Shown here: positions 1 through 7,738 of the stretch, in pieces | Layout of the letters: each line of letters begins with the position of its first letter | Position numbering within the stretch: position 1 is the first letter of the stretch | IMG/VR virus record: IMGVR_UViG_3300037010_002844 | Coordinates: 1-64,000 of that record | DNA: 64,000 bases | DNA from: a virus | Direction: 5' to 3' (one strand) | The notes under the pieces: generated by a model | Seen by the model: the letters and a program-made list of their open reading frames with translations, nothing else | The model's database searches: none | Told to the model about the DNA's origin: nothing | Program-made: the position numbers and the translations under genes

Positions 1-6
1 CTAATC

Positions 7-375
7 ATGGCCAACACCACCAACGAAATCATCGGCTACCGCGTCGTCAACACCCGTGACCAGGTCTTCGTCGACCATAACCCTAGCTTCTCTGGGTCCG
101 GCAACTTCCAGACCTCCCGTGAGCCGACGCCCATCTCGCGCGGCGATGCCTTCCGACGCCTCGCGGCCTTCCTCGATGCCTTCCCCGAGGAAGATCACCA
201 GAAATTCGCCGTCGAGCCCGTCTACCGTGAGCTGACGCCCATCGAGTCCAGTGCCCGCGAGCTCGGGAGTCTCCTGTCTTCCCTCTGCCAACGCCACGGG
301 ATCAATCTCGGTATGTCCCAGGCCGAGATCGAGGCCCAGCTCGTCCGCGAGCTCCGGGCGTTCGGCGCCCGCTGA
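7..375 (+). CDS. hypothetical protein (122 aa)
   Basis: Intact ORF with codon usage typical of the window. First gene of a + strand block of four. No recognisable motif. Confidence 0.4.
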   Translation: MANTTNEIIGYRVVNTRDQVFVDHNPSFSGSGNFQTSREPTPISRGDAFRRLAAFLDAFPEEDHQKFAVEPVYRELTPIESSARELGSLLSSLCQRHGINLGMSQAEIEAQLVRELRAFGAR

Positions 376-463
376 GTTCACACCACAACTAGCGCACACG
401 GGGCTCGGGCAATCGCTCGGGCCCCGTGTGCATTTTATCCCGCGATCGTGATACACTAGAACC

Positions 464-766
464 ATGGCAACCAACCTCAAGTTCGCTGATGTGCTAAACT
501 ACCTCGCCACGTGCCAGCTCACCCCCACGGAGACGCAGCAGCTGGCCAAGGCCTGGAACGCCAACATCAAACGGCAGCGTACCGCGACGAAGGAGACCGC
601 GATCGCCCAGTTCCGCGTCGGACAGCGCGTCAGCTTCACGGCCCGTGGCGGGTTTCCCTGCACCGGCGTCATCGAGAAGGTGATGCGGGTCAACTGCTGG
701 GTCCGTGAGGATATGACGAAGCAGCGCTTCTACTGCCCGTCGACCTGCCTCAAGATCATCGCCTGA
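464..766 (+). CDS. small hypothetical protein (100 aa), SH3/KOW-like 'GQRV...G.I..V' motif
   Basis: ORF. Its start lies in the conserved context ACTAGAACCATGGCAA, which recurs in inverse orientation at 5453-5468. Contains FRVGQRVSF...GVIEKV, resembling the recurrent small-protein family in this window. Confidence 0.45.
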   Translation: MATNLKFADVLNYLATCQLTPTETQQLAKAWNANIKRQRTATKETAIAQFRVGQRVSFTARGGFPCTGVIEKVMRVNCWVREDMTKQRFYCPSTCLKIIA

Positions 767-770
767 TCCT

Positions 771-800
771 CGCTCGCGGGTGTGCAACTCGTTGCAAAGG
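771..800. promoter_or_regulatory. 30-nt inverted-repeat operator/promoter element, copy 1 of 3
   Basis: CGCTCGCGGGTGTGCAACTCGTTGCAAAGG. TGTGCAA and TTGCACA are reverse complements. Near-identical copies at 5852-5880 and 7525-7553. The TTGCAA half doubles as a -35-like hexamer 18 nt upstream of TAGGAT (816-821) and the ATG at 828. Confidence 0.6.
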
Positions 801-827
801 CACCGACAGGTGTGGTAGGATAAATCC

Positions 828-1283
828 ATGACCTGGGGCAAGCGACCCTCATCACGTGGTAGGGGACCGATCAACTGGAAGAAGGACGCAGAGACCTTCG
901 CGGTGCCGGTTGGCAAGATTCGGCGTCATACCCACGAGGAAGACGTCCCACTCGAGAAGCAAGAACTATACGCCGCCCACATGGTCCCGGGCGCGATGTG
1001 GGAGGTGATGAAGGACCTCGAGCTGGTCAAGCTCGGTCCCAACGTGGTGCAGCCGCCCTTTCCACTGCTGCAGGTCCACATACCTCGCACCTGGGATCCG
1101 ACCTACGATCCCAACAAGTCGACCGTTGCCCGCGCCAAGGCCATCGCTCTCTACGTTGACTCCGTCCGCGTGGATGAGCAGGGCAAGCAGGGCACGCTCC
1201 GCGTGGTCCGCCACACCTTCATCGTCGGCGGCGGGCGCTACATCATCACAGATCTCAACTGGGTCAGGCCGATTGATGACTGA
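828..1283 (+). CDS. hypothetical protein (151 aa)
   Basis: ORF preceded by GGTAGGATAAATCC directly before the ATG. Stop overlaps the next start (ATGACTGA). Confidence 0.45.
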   Translation: MTWGKRPSSRGRGPINWKKDAETFAVPVGKIRRHTHEEDVPLEKQELYAAHMVPGAMWEVMKDLELVKLGPNVVQPPFPLLQVHIPRTWDPTYDPNKSTVARAKAIALYVDSVRVDEQGKQGTLRVVRHTFIVGGGRYIITDLNWVRPIDD

Positions 1284-1563
1284 GAAGAAGCGTTCTCCAC
1301 GGCAGCTGGCCCGCCTAGCGTTGGGCGAACTCGTCATCTACAACGAACACCCGTCCCGGAAGGACGAGCCCGACCGCTTAGCGATGGTCATCGGCTGCTG
1401 GCGCTGGGGTGCTGACAGCAAGACACGGGAGGACCTCTTCAACGTCTGCCCCCGCGAGGTCGACTGGGCACAGGGCTACCTGCTACTGCCCAACTCAGAA
1501 TCGCGCTGGGTCCGTTGCTGGTTCGGCGACATAGACACACCCGAAAAGCTCCGCCGCGCTTAA
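1276..1563 (+). CDS. small hypothetical protein (about 95 aa)
   Basis: ATG at 1276 overlaps the upstream stop (translational coupling). The longer 1126..1563 frame is mostly an out-of-frame overlap with the previous gene. Contains LALGELVIYN, resembling the small-family motif. Confidence 0.4.
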   Translation: MTEKKRSPRQLARLALGELVIYNEHPSRKDEPDRLAMVIGCWRWGADSKTREDLFNVCPREVDWAQGYLLLPNSESRWVRCWFGDIDTPEKLRRA

Positions 1564-1571
1564 ACGACTTT

Positions 1572-1600
1572 CGCCCCCGAAACTCTGTGGAGTCCGGGGG
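1572..1600. terminator. bidirectional stem-loop terminator between convergent gene blocks
   Basis: GCCCCCGAAACTC-TGTG-GAGTCCGGGGGC, a 12/13 bp stem. Lies between the end of + genes (1563) and the end of - genes (1742). Confidence 0.55.
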
Positions 1601-1741
1601 CGAACCTCATTTTCGAGGCCTAGGTTACAGGGACTACGTCGGTTCGCCCTTTCACCTGCTTATAAAATATATTTGCTCAGGGCATGCACCATGCCATACC
1701 CGACCCCCGAGCGACGCTGGTTGATGGGAAGTCCCTACGGA

Positions 1742-2149
1742 CTATCCCTCTTTCTTCCCATCGCTTGACTCCTCCTCTCGCTTGATGGTCTTGAGCTGCT
1801 TGACCATCGGCTCAACCTTGGTCTTCATGACTTCATCGTAGACAGCCTGCTTGCGCGCCAGCCTCTGCCTCCGTGAAGGTCGCGTCGGCTTGCCTTTCTT
1901 TGGGACGGCAACGTATTTGTTCTTGACGAGCTTCTTTCGCTCCTCGGGCAGCTTCACCAGCTGCTTCTTCATCTGCTTACGCCACAGCTTGCGAAACTTC
2001 CGCTTCAAGCGTCGGGCATCTTCCTGCTGCAGGCCTTTCAACGCACGGCGGACGTCCATCGTCGGGTCTTCCATCGGGACGATGCCCTCTTGGAACATTG
2101 CCGTATGGATGAAGATTCGCGTGGCGTCGTTGAGCTTGTTGTTGCGCAT
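1742..2149 (-). CDS. lysine/arginine-rich basic protein, possibly DNA-binding (135 aa)
   Basis: Very basic composition (KRKFRKLWRKQMKKQLVKLPEERKKLVKNKYVAVPKKGKPTRPSRRQR). ATGA overlap with the upstream gene. Confidence 0.45.
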   Translation of the reverse strand: MRNNKLNDATRIFIHTAMFQEGIVPMEDPTMDVRRALKGLQQEDARRLKRKFRKLWRKQMKKQLVKLPEERKKLVKNKYVAVPKKGKPTRPSRRQRLARKQAVYDEVMKTKVEPMVKQLKTIKREEESSDGKKEG

Positions 2150-2484
2150 CAGCTGCCTCCGACCTTCTGCTGCCAGACTCGTCGAATCGATTCTATCGCC
2201 TGGTGCATCCGTTGTGCACCGACGGGATTGGCCGAATGAACGCTGATGATCTCAGGCGGGATGAAGTCCTGACGGGCGCACTGCTCTTCCAACCAGCAGA
2301 CAACATCGTAGCCGGTGCCTGCGCTCAGAGGTCCCAGATCGTGGTCGAGGCTTAGCTCCACCACGCGGCCCGTCTCCAACAGGCGCTGCGCGCCCGCCGC
2401 TGTCTTGGCGTGGATCCAACCTGAGGGCGCAGGCCGCTCATCATCAAGCCACAGTCGCATCGTCATCTGCTTCTGCTGGGTCAT
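2149..2484 (-). CDS. hypothetical protein (111 aa)
   Basis: ORF coupled on both sides by start/stop overlaps. Pattern LWLDDER...LSLDHDLG...ISVHSANP suggests a small Rossmann-like fold of unknown function. Confidence 0.4.
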   Translation of the reverse strand: MTQQKQMTMRLWLDDERPAPSGWIHAKTAAGAQRLLETGRVVELSLDHDLGPLSAGTGYDVVCWLEEQCARQDFIPPEIISVHSANPVGAQRMHQAIESIRRVWQQKVGGS

Positions 2485-3031
2485 CGTATTTCTCGTATCC
2501 AGGCGCCTTCGTCGCCCAGAGCAGGTATGTCCGCAGCATGGCGACCCGCGTCCTGTCGAAGGCTGCCTTGTCTTTCTTGGTCAACGCACCCAGGCGCCGC
2601 GCTAGCTTCCAACCACGGTGCCAGGCCTCGAACTCTTCATCAACGATGTCAATTCGATGATGAAATGAACGCTTAACGTCGGGATCCTGGTTGCCGTAGC
2701 CCATCCCGTAGCGCTCATATTTGTCCTTGCTGCCGATCAGGTGGTGCCCACACTCATGCAGGAGGATGTGCAGCTGGTGCTTCGGCGAAGCCCGGCCGCT
2801 GACCTTGATCTCCTTGTCAGCCGTGTAGTAGATACCACCGCTGCGCTTGCAGAAGGTCACTGTCAGCGACCGGGCCTCACACCACTCCACCACCACGCGG
2901 AGTGCCGAAACGTAGTGGCGATCTTCCGTCCACCGCTTGGTGGCCCGGTCTGCGTTCTTGCCCGCTTGGATCGCTTTTTGAAAGCGATCCCAGGCACGTG
3001 CATTCCACAGCTCGAGATCGAAGGCCGCCAT
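2444..3031 (-). CDS. putative zinc metallopeptidase-like protein (HExxH)
   Basis: HECGHH motif (LHILLHECGHHLIG). Immediately downstream of the AAA_5 ATPase in the same operon. Confidence 0.45.
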   Translation of the reverse strand: MAAFDLELWNARAWDRFQKAIQAGKNADRATKRWTEDRHYVSALRVVVEWCEARSLTVTFCKRSGGIYYTADKEIKVSGRASPKHQLHILLHECGHHLIGSKDKYERYGMGYGNQDPDVKRSFHHRIDIVDEEFEAWHRGWKLARRLGALTKKDKAAFDRTRVAMLRTYLLWATKAPGYEKYDDPAEADDDATVA

Positions 3032-3044
3032 GCAGGTAACTAGG

Positions 3045-4205
3045 TCACTTCTTCTTCCCTCCCGCCCCGGGCGACTTGAAGATGCCGGGGATGTCAGGAA
3101 CGATGCCGATGCCAGCCTCGCCCATCGGGACGCCGAAGACGTCCAGGACTGCGGCCGCGCAGTACTTGTGGATGCTGCGTGCCAGCTCCATTTTGTCGGT
3201 GCCAGGCAGGGTCAGCTTGGACCAGCAGTTGACGCGCTGCTCACCCGGCAGGTCCTTGAGAAACTGCTTCAGGTTGGTGCCTTGCTTCTCGGTCAGACTG
3301 TTGAGGTTCTTGGTCACGTGGTCCGAGACCTTATCGACCAGATCGTTGATGCGGTCGGCCGTGAACTTCTTGACCTTGTGCTGGACCTTGTCGTACCCGT
3401 CGATCACGTCTTTGCCCGAGACGCGGGTGTCGACGGTGACCGCGAAATCGTGGAAGGCGATCGCCGCCTCGACACCGACGAAGCCCACGGCTATGTGGTA
3501 GAACAGCGGGTTGCTGGGATCATCCGCGACCCCGGCGTGCTTGTGCGAGCGGTCCATACGCTCCCAGCTACGCCGCGAGGAATGAACGCTGCCGGCCTCG
3601 GCGCCCTTGGGCGGGTCGAGCCACTTCTCGCCGTTGGCAGCGTGGAAGTCGATCAGGGTCGGGTGAATGTCACCCTCGCCCTTTGCCCAGGCGAGCCAGT
3701 CCTTGACGTCCGGCTTGAGGTCGACGACCCAGAAGCGATCGAGGAGCGCCGGATCCATCTCGTTGACCGTGTACTCCTGTGAGGAGTTGATGGCCGACCA
3801 GACGCGGGTCTGGGGGTGCAGCTTCCAGCCGTTGAGCTCACGGTCGAGCACGATCTGGAACGCTGCCTGCATGACCTCCTGGGTCGCGCGGTTCAGCTCG
3901 TCCAGCAGGAGGAAGCAGGGCCGGACGCAGGCACGCTTGTACCAGTCGGGCGGATTGAAGCGCGTGACCTCGCCGTCGGTGCTGGGGAGGCCGATGAGAT
4001 CGCCTTCCGTCTTCTGCGACAGGCGCTGGTCGATGAACTCGAAGTCCTTGATCTGCTCCGCGTGAGCGATGATGCGGGCGACCTGGCGAGCCAGCTGCGA
4101 CTTGCCGATCCCGTGAGGACCGCGCAGCAGGACGGAGATGAAGGCGGGGAGCTTGGGAGAGACGTCCACAAGGGTATGGATCGCCATGGAGTTGGGAGTT
4201 GCCAT
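3045..4205 (-). CDS. AAA+ ATPase, AAA_5/MoxR-like subfamily
   Basis: Walker A LLRGPHGIGKSQL, Walker B FLLLDELNRA, sensor region QTRVWSAINSS. Layout typical of MoxR/CbbQ/GvpN-type AAA_5 ATPases. Confidence 0.7.
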   Translation of the reverse strand: MATPNSMAIHTLVDVSPKLPAFISVLLRGPHGIGKSQLARQVARIIAHAEQIKDFEFIDQRLSQKTEGDLIGLPSTDGEVTRFNPPDWYKRACVRPCFLLLDELNRATQEVMQAAFQIVLDRELNGWKLHPQTRVWSAINSSQEYTVNEMDPALLDRFWVVDLKPDVKDWLAWAKGEGDIHPTLIDFHAANGEKWLDPPKGAEAGSVHSSRRSWERMDRSHKHAGVADDPSNPLFYHIAVGFVGVEAAIAFHDFAVTVDTRVSGKDVIDGYDKVQHKVKKFTADRINDLVDKVSDHVTKNLNSLTEKQGTNLKQFLKDLPGEQRVNCWSKLTLPGTDKMELARSIHKYCAAAVLDVFGVPMGEAGIGIVPDIPGIFKSPGAGGKKK

Positions 4206-4249
4206 GTGGTGGTGTCTCTATCCTAACTTAGCGAGTCCCGGCTTTACAC

Positions 4250-4945
4250 TCAGGAGACGCGGTGGAGGTGCGAGGTGTTCGGCCGCCGCTCGTCGACGGT
4301 GATGGTGTACTTGCGCTCGACCTTGCCGTTGTAATCGTCCCGCGAGACGGGGTAGACGCCCGTCTTGATGCCCGGCAGCAGCGAGGAGGGGATGTTGCGA
4401 TCCTGACCCACGCGCATACCCTTGCGGACCATGTCGGCGGCCTCGTGGAGAACACGCTCGATGCGGGCTTCCTCGGCCTTGCGTTCCTGCTCGGCCATGA
4501 ACGCCGCCTGCTCCTCCGCGGTGCGGATGCAGACCGCGATCCCGTCGCCGATTTCCGCGTTGATCGCCTCCGTGAGCTCGACGACCCTGGTGTAGAACTC
4601 CAGGCGCGCCTTGGCGAGGGCGGGCCGCGTGTCTCCGTGGCTGGGCCAGTTGACCTCGACGCGGAACTTGTAGTTCCGCCAGATCGACCCGTCCTCACGG
4701 GGCTTCAGGTCGCGGGTCCAGTCGATCGTATCGAACCGCACGTAGAGGTCACAGCTCGTGTCGATCTGCTCCGTGGTATCGCGGAACATCACGGACACGT
4801 TGCCCGCGGAGCCCGACTTGCGCTGCTCGCGGAGCGACTGCATGGTGTGCGGGGACAGGTACTTCTGCGCGATCTCGCTGGCAAGGATGAGGTCGATGGC
4901 CTTGTGAGCGCGGTCGATGATGAGGGGCTGTTGCATGGCGTTCAT
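4250..4945 (-). CDS. hypothetical protein (231 aa)
   Basis: ORF preceded by the conserved 35-nt leader repeat containing GGTAGGATAGA. Confidence 0.45.
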   Translation of the reverse strand: MNAMQQPLIIDRAHKAIDLILASEIAQKYLSPHTMQSLREQRKSGSAGNVSVMFRDTTEQIDTSCDLYVRFDTIDWTRDLKPREDGSIWRNYKFRVEVNWPSHGDTRPALAKARLEFYTRVVELTEAINAEIGDGIAVCIRTAEEQAAFMAEQERKAEEARIERVLHEAADMVRKGMRVGQDRNIPSSLLPGIKTGVYPVSRDDYNGKVERKYTITVDERRPNTSHLHRVS

Positions 4946-4981
4946 GAGTCTATCCTACCAGGATCAGAGATGAAGGTTCAC
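4946..4981 (-). promoter_or_regulatory. conserved 35-nt leader/promoter repeat, copy A
   Basis: On the minus strand it reads GTGAACCTTCATCTCTGATCCTGGTAGGATAGACTC then ATG. About 80% identical to 5272-5307. Confidence 0.5.
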
Positions 4982-5271
4982 AGCAGCGCCAGCGAGATCG
5001 CCAGCTCCAGTCCGGGCTCCGTCAGTGCAAACACGTGAGCACCTGACTTCGTCTTGCCGACGACCTCGATGAAGCCTCGGTGCACCAGGGACGCTCGCCA
5101 GCCGTACCCGTCTCGTCCGGAGGTGACGAGGGAGTGCCCCCACGTCGGGCTCTGGAGCGCTCGTCGCTTCTGTTGGATCACTGCGAAATCTTTCACCGTT
5201 GCCGTCTTGTTGCGGACGAGGGTGAACAGGATATCGCGGATCGTGGGAGAAATGCGGCTTGGATTGACCAT
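4978..5271 (-). CDS. small hypothetical protein, possible winged-helix DNA-binding (97 aa)
   Basis: ORF preceded by the second copy of the 35-nt leader repeat. No strong motif. Confidence 0.4.
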   Translation of the reverse strand: MVNPSRISPTIRDILFTLVRNKTATVKDFAVIQQKRRALQSPTWGHSLVTSGRDGYGWRASLVHRGFIEVVGKTKSGAHVFALTEPGLELAISLALL

Positions 5272-5307
5272 GAGACTATCCTACCAGGTTCAGCGTTGAA
5301 GATTCAC
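5272..5307 (-). promoter_or_regulatory. conserved 35-nt leader/promoter repeat, copy B
   Basis: On the minus strand it reads GTGAATCTTCAACGCTGAACCTGGTAGGATAGTCTC then ATG. Confidence 0.5.
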
Positions 5308-5460
5308 TGCGCGCCACAGGCGCTTGACCTCACGCCATAGTTCCTCGACTGTGCACGCAATCTCCTTGCGGAACTCTTTTGAGAGAGGACGCGAGGACTG
5401 TGCCCGGACGTTGTCCGTTAGGATCTCGATGTCCGCGTCGGTCAAGGGGCGCTTGCCATG
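5294..5460 (-). pseudogene. small gene with apparent 1-nt frame disruption just after the start
   Basis: The ATG at 5458-5460 sits in the conserved ACTAGAACCATGGCAA context but opens only 5 codons (MASAP*). A 56-codon frame lacking an ATG (KRPLTDADIEILTDNVRAQ...LWRAVNLQR*) continues in the +1 frame. Confidence 0.3.
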
Positions 5461-5540
5461 GTTCTAGTTTAACTCAGCGAACCCAAAGTTTGCACTGCGA
5501 GCACAGAATATTCGTAGAATCAAGCCATAAGATACCCCGT

Positions 5541-5630
5541 CGGGCCCATGAAAGCCCTCCCGTGGGTCCCCTGTGGGCACAGTTTTGGTTGCTCATGGGC
5601 CCGAGAAGTGTAAGAGCTCATGGGCCCAGG
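5541..5630. repeat. GCTCATGGGCCC iterons in a divergent intergenic region
   Basis: GCTCATGGGCCC occurs directly at 5591-5602 and 5615-5626. Its inverse GGGCCCATGA occurs at 5543-5552. Lies in the 480-bp spacer between the - block and the RecA-like gene. Confidence 0.5.
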
Positions 5631-5851
5631 GTACTATAAGACCATGAGCAACGCCTTCTAGAACTTCGTCAGGCAGCACGATACAGGCATCTCGCGGACC
5701 GGGTGTCCACGCGGCACCTCTCGGGTTCGATCTTGACCTGACTCACCTGTCGGAGCTGCTGCGGCTTGCCCAGCAGACGGGTTACCAGCTCTGCAACACG
5801 GGCTGGGATGACTGCATCATGGTCACCTAGACTTTCAGCGTTGGCTGATCG

Positions 5852-5880
5852 CGCTCGCGAGTGTGCAACCCATTGCACTG
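5852..5880. promoter_or_regulatory. 30-nt inverted-repeat operator, copy 2 of 3
   Basis: CGCTCGCGAGTGTGCAACCCATTGCACTG, about 60 nt upstream of the RecA-like gene. Confidence 0.6.
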
Positions 5881-5941
5881 GGTGAAAATCAGCGCCTGGG
5901 CGTGATAGACTGTAGACCTCCACCACCACGGGGTAAGATAT

Positions 5942-6706
5942 ATGGCGAGCATGAACCTCAACGTCGGAATCAAGGGCCTGAAGCAGGGCACCAACATCAT
6001 GGATGTTGAGGTGCCTGAGAAGCTGAAGCAGCGCATCAAGACCGGCATCACCTGGTTCGATGACGCGGTTGGTGGCCAGGGTTTCGTGCCCAGCTCCGTC
6101 ATGATGCTGACCGGTACGCCTGGCGCCGGCAAGACCACGATGCTGCTGCAGCTGGCGGACGCCATCACCGGGCAGGGGAACATCTGCCTCTACAACACCG
6201 GCGAGGAGTCGCTCTACCAGGTGCGCATGGTGACCGAGCGCCTGAAGTTGAAGCACGGCTTCATCTGTGGCCAGGACATCATGGTGCCCGACCTGCTGAA
6301 GCACGCGGACGCGCTGCGCAAGGCCAACCCGAAGAAGCAGGTCTTCATTCTGCAGGACTCGCTGCAGACCCTGGACGACGGCAAGTACTCCAACGGTACC
6401 AATGGCGCCACGCCGCTGCGCTGCGTCGAGATGCTGACCGACTGGGCGAAGAGCACCTACGGCATCGTCATCTTCATCGGACAGGTCAACAAGAGCGGCG
6501 AATTCGCCGGCAAGAACGGGATCCTCCACGCGATCGACGTCCGCGGGTCGCTCTACATCGACCAGGAGAAGAACAGCGAGACCTACGGGGAGCGCATCTT
6601 CGAGGTCACCAAGAACCGCTTCGGTTGCTCGGGCCGCGCCTACGTCCTCGGCTTCCAGGAGAAGGGGCTCTTCGAGAAGGGCAGCTTCGGCATGAACGAG
6701 CGCTGA
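5942..6706 (+). CDS. RecA-superfamily ATPase (RadA/KaiC/Sak4-like recombination or DnaB-C-like)
   Basis: TWFDDAVGG...VMMLTGTPGAGKTTMLLQL Walker A. Walker B-like VFILQDS. RecA-fold layout. Confidence 0.6.
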   Translation: MASMNLNVGIKGLKQGTNIMDVEVPEKLKQRIKTGITWFDDAVGGQGFVPSSVMMLTGTPGAGKTTMLLQLADAITGQGNICLYNTGEESLYQVRMVTERLKLKHGFICGQDIMVPDLLKHADALRKANPKKQVFILQDSLQTLDDGKYSNGTNGATPLRCVEMLTDWAKSTYGIVIFIGQVNKSGEFAGKNGILHAIDVRGSLYIDQEKNSETYGERIFEVTKNRFGCSGRAYVLGFQEKGLFEKGSFGMNER

Positions 6707-6789
6707 ACCCGCGATCTGGGGGCGCAATTCTCGGGAGAGACGGGGGCACGGGTCCTTAGGGACCCAAGCTCACGCGGCCAACGGGAGAC

Positions 6790-6830
6790 CAATAGCGCCG
6801 AACCCGGTTCGATTCCGGGGCGCTCCACGA
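6790..6830 (+). other. tRNA 3'-half-like fragment (T-arm plus 3' acceptor strand)
   Basis: CCCGG-TTCGATT-CCGGG is a canonical T-arm (GGTTCGATTCC), followed by GCGCTCC-A. No complementary 5' acceptor strand or anticodon arm lies within 110 nt upstream, so this is not a complete tRNA. Confidence 0.35.
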
Positions 6831-7124
6831 GAGACGGATATACTGACAAGGGCAACACCACGTGCCGGGAGGTAAAGGAACAACTAGTCGAAGTCGTCAG
6901 TTGACAGATGCCTTGACAAGACTGGATCTACGTAGCATTGCAAGAACCTGCCAGATCAAGTCAAAAGAGGTCGTTTCTCTCTTTCAATGACGATGTTAGC
7001 TCGTGATTCTTCTCCTTTGCGGGAGAAATGTCAGCCAACATCTACGTTCTATAAGTTGACCGTAGATCTCGTAAGACAGATGCATGTTTAACAATGACAG
7101 GGAGAGGAAGAGAAAGTCTCTGCT

Positions 7125-7158
7125 CCCCGGTCAACCCCATCTCAACACCGGGGTTTTT
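7125..7158 (+). terminator. intrinsic terminator (hairpin plus T5)
   Basis: CCCCGGT-N15-ACCGGGG followed by TTTTT. The T-run overlaps the stop codon of the convergent minus gene. Confidence 0.55.
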
Positions 7159-7576
7159 ACGGCTTCTTAGCCTGAGACTTGCGGAGGCGTTCCGCCTTCT
7201 CCTTGTCCTTCTTTTCTTTTTCCTCGGCACGCTCGTCTGAGGTCTTGACGGTGTGCAGGGACTTCTCATCATCGAGATAGTAATAGAGGGTACGCTTGGC
7301 AACGCCCAGCTCGCTGGCTGCCTTGGCAGCATCGCCCCCGTGACCGTTTACGGCGGCGCGGACCCTGTTGCGGAACTTCTCAGGGTTGAGCTGGCGCACT
7401 GCCCCGATGTCGGTGCGCGGCCCGCCGGGCTTGGCGTGGCGCTTCTTCTCGTCGAGGAGATCCAACGTCTCCTTGATGAACTCCTTCAACAGTGCTGCAC
7501 TCATGGGTCTAAGTAGGCAGCCCGCGCTCGCGGGTGTGCAACTCATTGCACAGTTGATACCCATGAGAGGGCCCAA
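7157..7576 (-). CDS. HTH DNA-binding protein (candidate regulator or small terminase-like)
   Basis: AAKAASELGVAKRTLYYYL is a helix-turn-helix. Basic/acidic KE-rich tail. Operator copy 3 lies directly upstream. Confidence 0.5.
   Translation of the reverse strand: MGPLMGINCAMSCTPASAGCLLRPMSAALLKEFIKETLDLLDEKKRHAKPGGPRTDIGAVRQLNPEKFRNRVRAAVNGHGGDAAKAASELGVAKRTLYYYLDDEKSLHTVKTSDERAEEKEKKDKEKAERLRKSQAKKP
7525..7553. promoter_or_regulatory. 30-nt inverted-repeat operator, copy 3 of 3
   Basis: CGCTCGCGGGTGTGCAACTCATTGCACAG, upstream of the minus-strand HTH gene. Confidence 0.6.
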
Positions 7577-7738
7577 TTCCGCAACTCACAGGTAGAGTTC
7601 ATAGTCGAAGTTCCACACGGGGATGCGGGCACGGGCCCAAGAAAAAGCTTCCAACCCCGCGGCAACCCCATCTCTTTGCCGGCATTTATGCAAATGTTCT
7701 GAGTGCAAAGCTCGCTTGGGAAGGGATAGAATCTGAAC

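Noticed and set aside
1126-1563. 145-aa ORF starting at 1126
   Set aside because: Its first 50 codons are out-of-frame overlap with gene 828-1283 and are Ser/Ala/Arg-rich. The real gene more plausibly starts at the ATG at 1276, which overlaps the upstream stop.
3030-4226. Plus-strand ORFs 3030..3782, 3667..4065 and 3816..4226
   Set aside because: They overlap the AAA_5 ATPase gene on the opposite strand and have an Arg/Ala/Leu/Gly-biased composition. Shadow ORFs.
5669-6727. 352-aa minus-strand ORF
   Set aside because: Entirely antisense to the well-supported RecA-like gene (5942-6706). Its Ala/Leu/Arg/Gly-rich translation is typical of spurious reverse-frame ORFs in high-GC DNA.
6721-6836. 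Possible complete tRNA gene
   Set aside because: Only a T-arm and 3' acceptor strand are present. No complementary 5' acceptor strand, D-arm or anticodon arm could be drawn within 110 nt, and the 3' end reads CCACGA rather than a CCA-compatible terminus. Kept only as a tRNA-like fragment.
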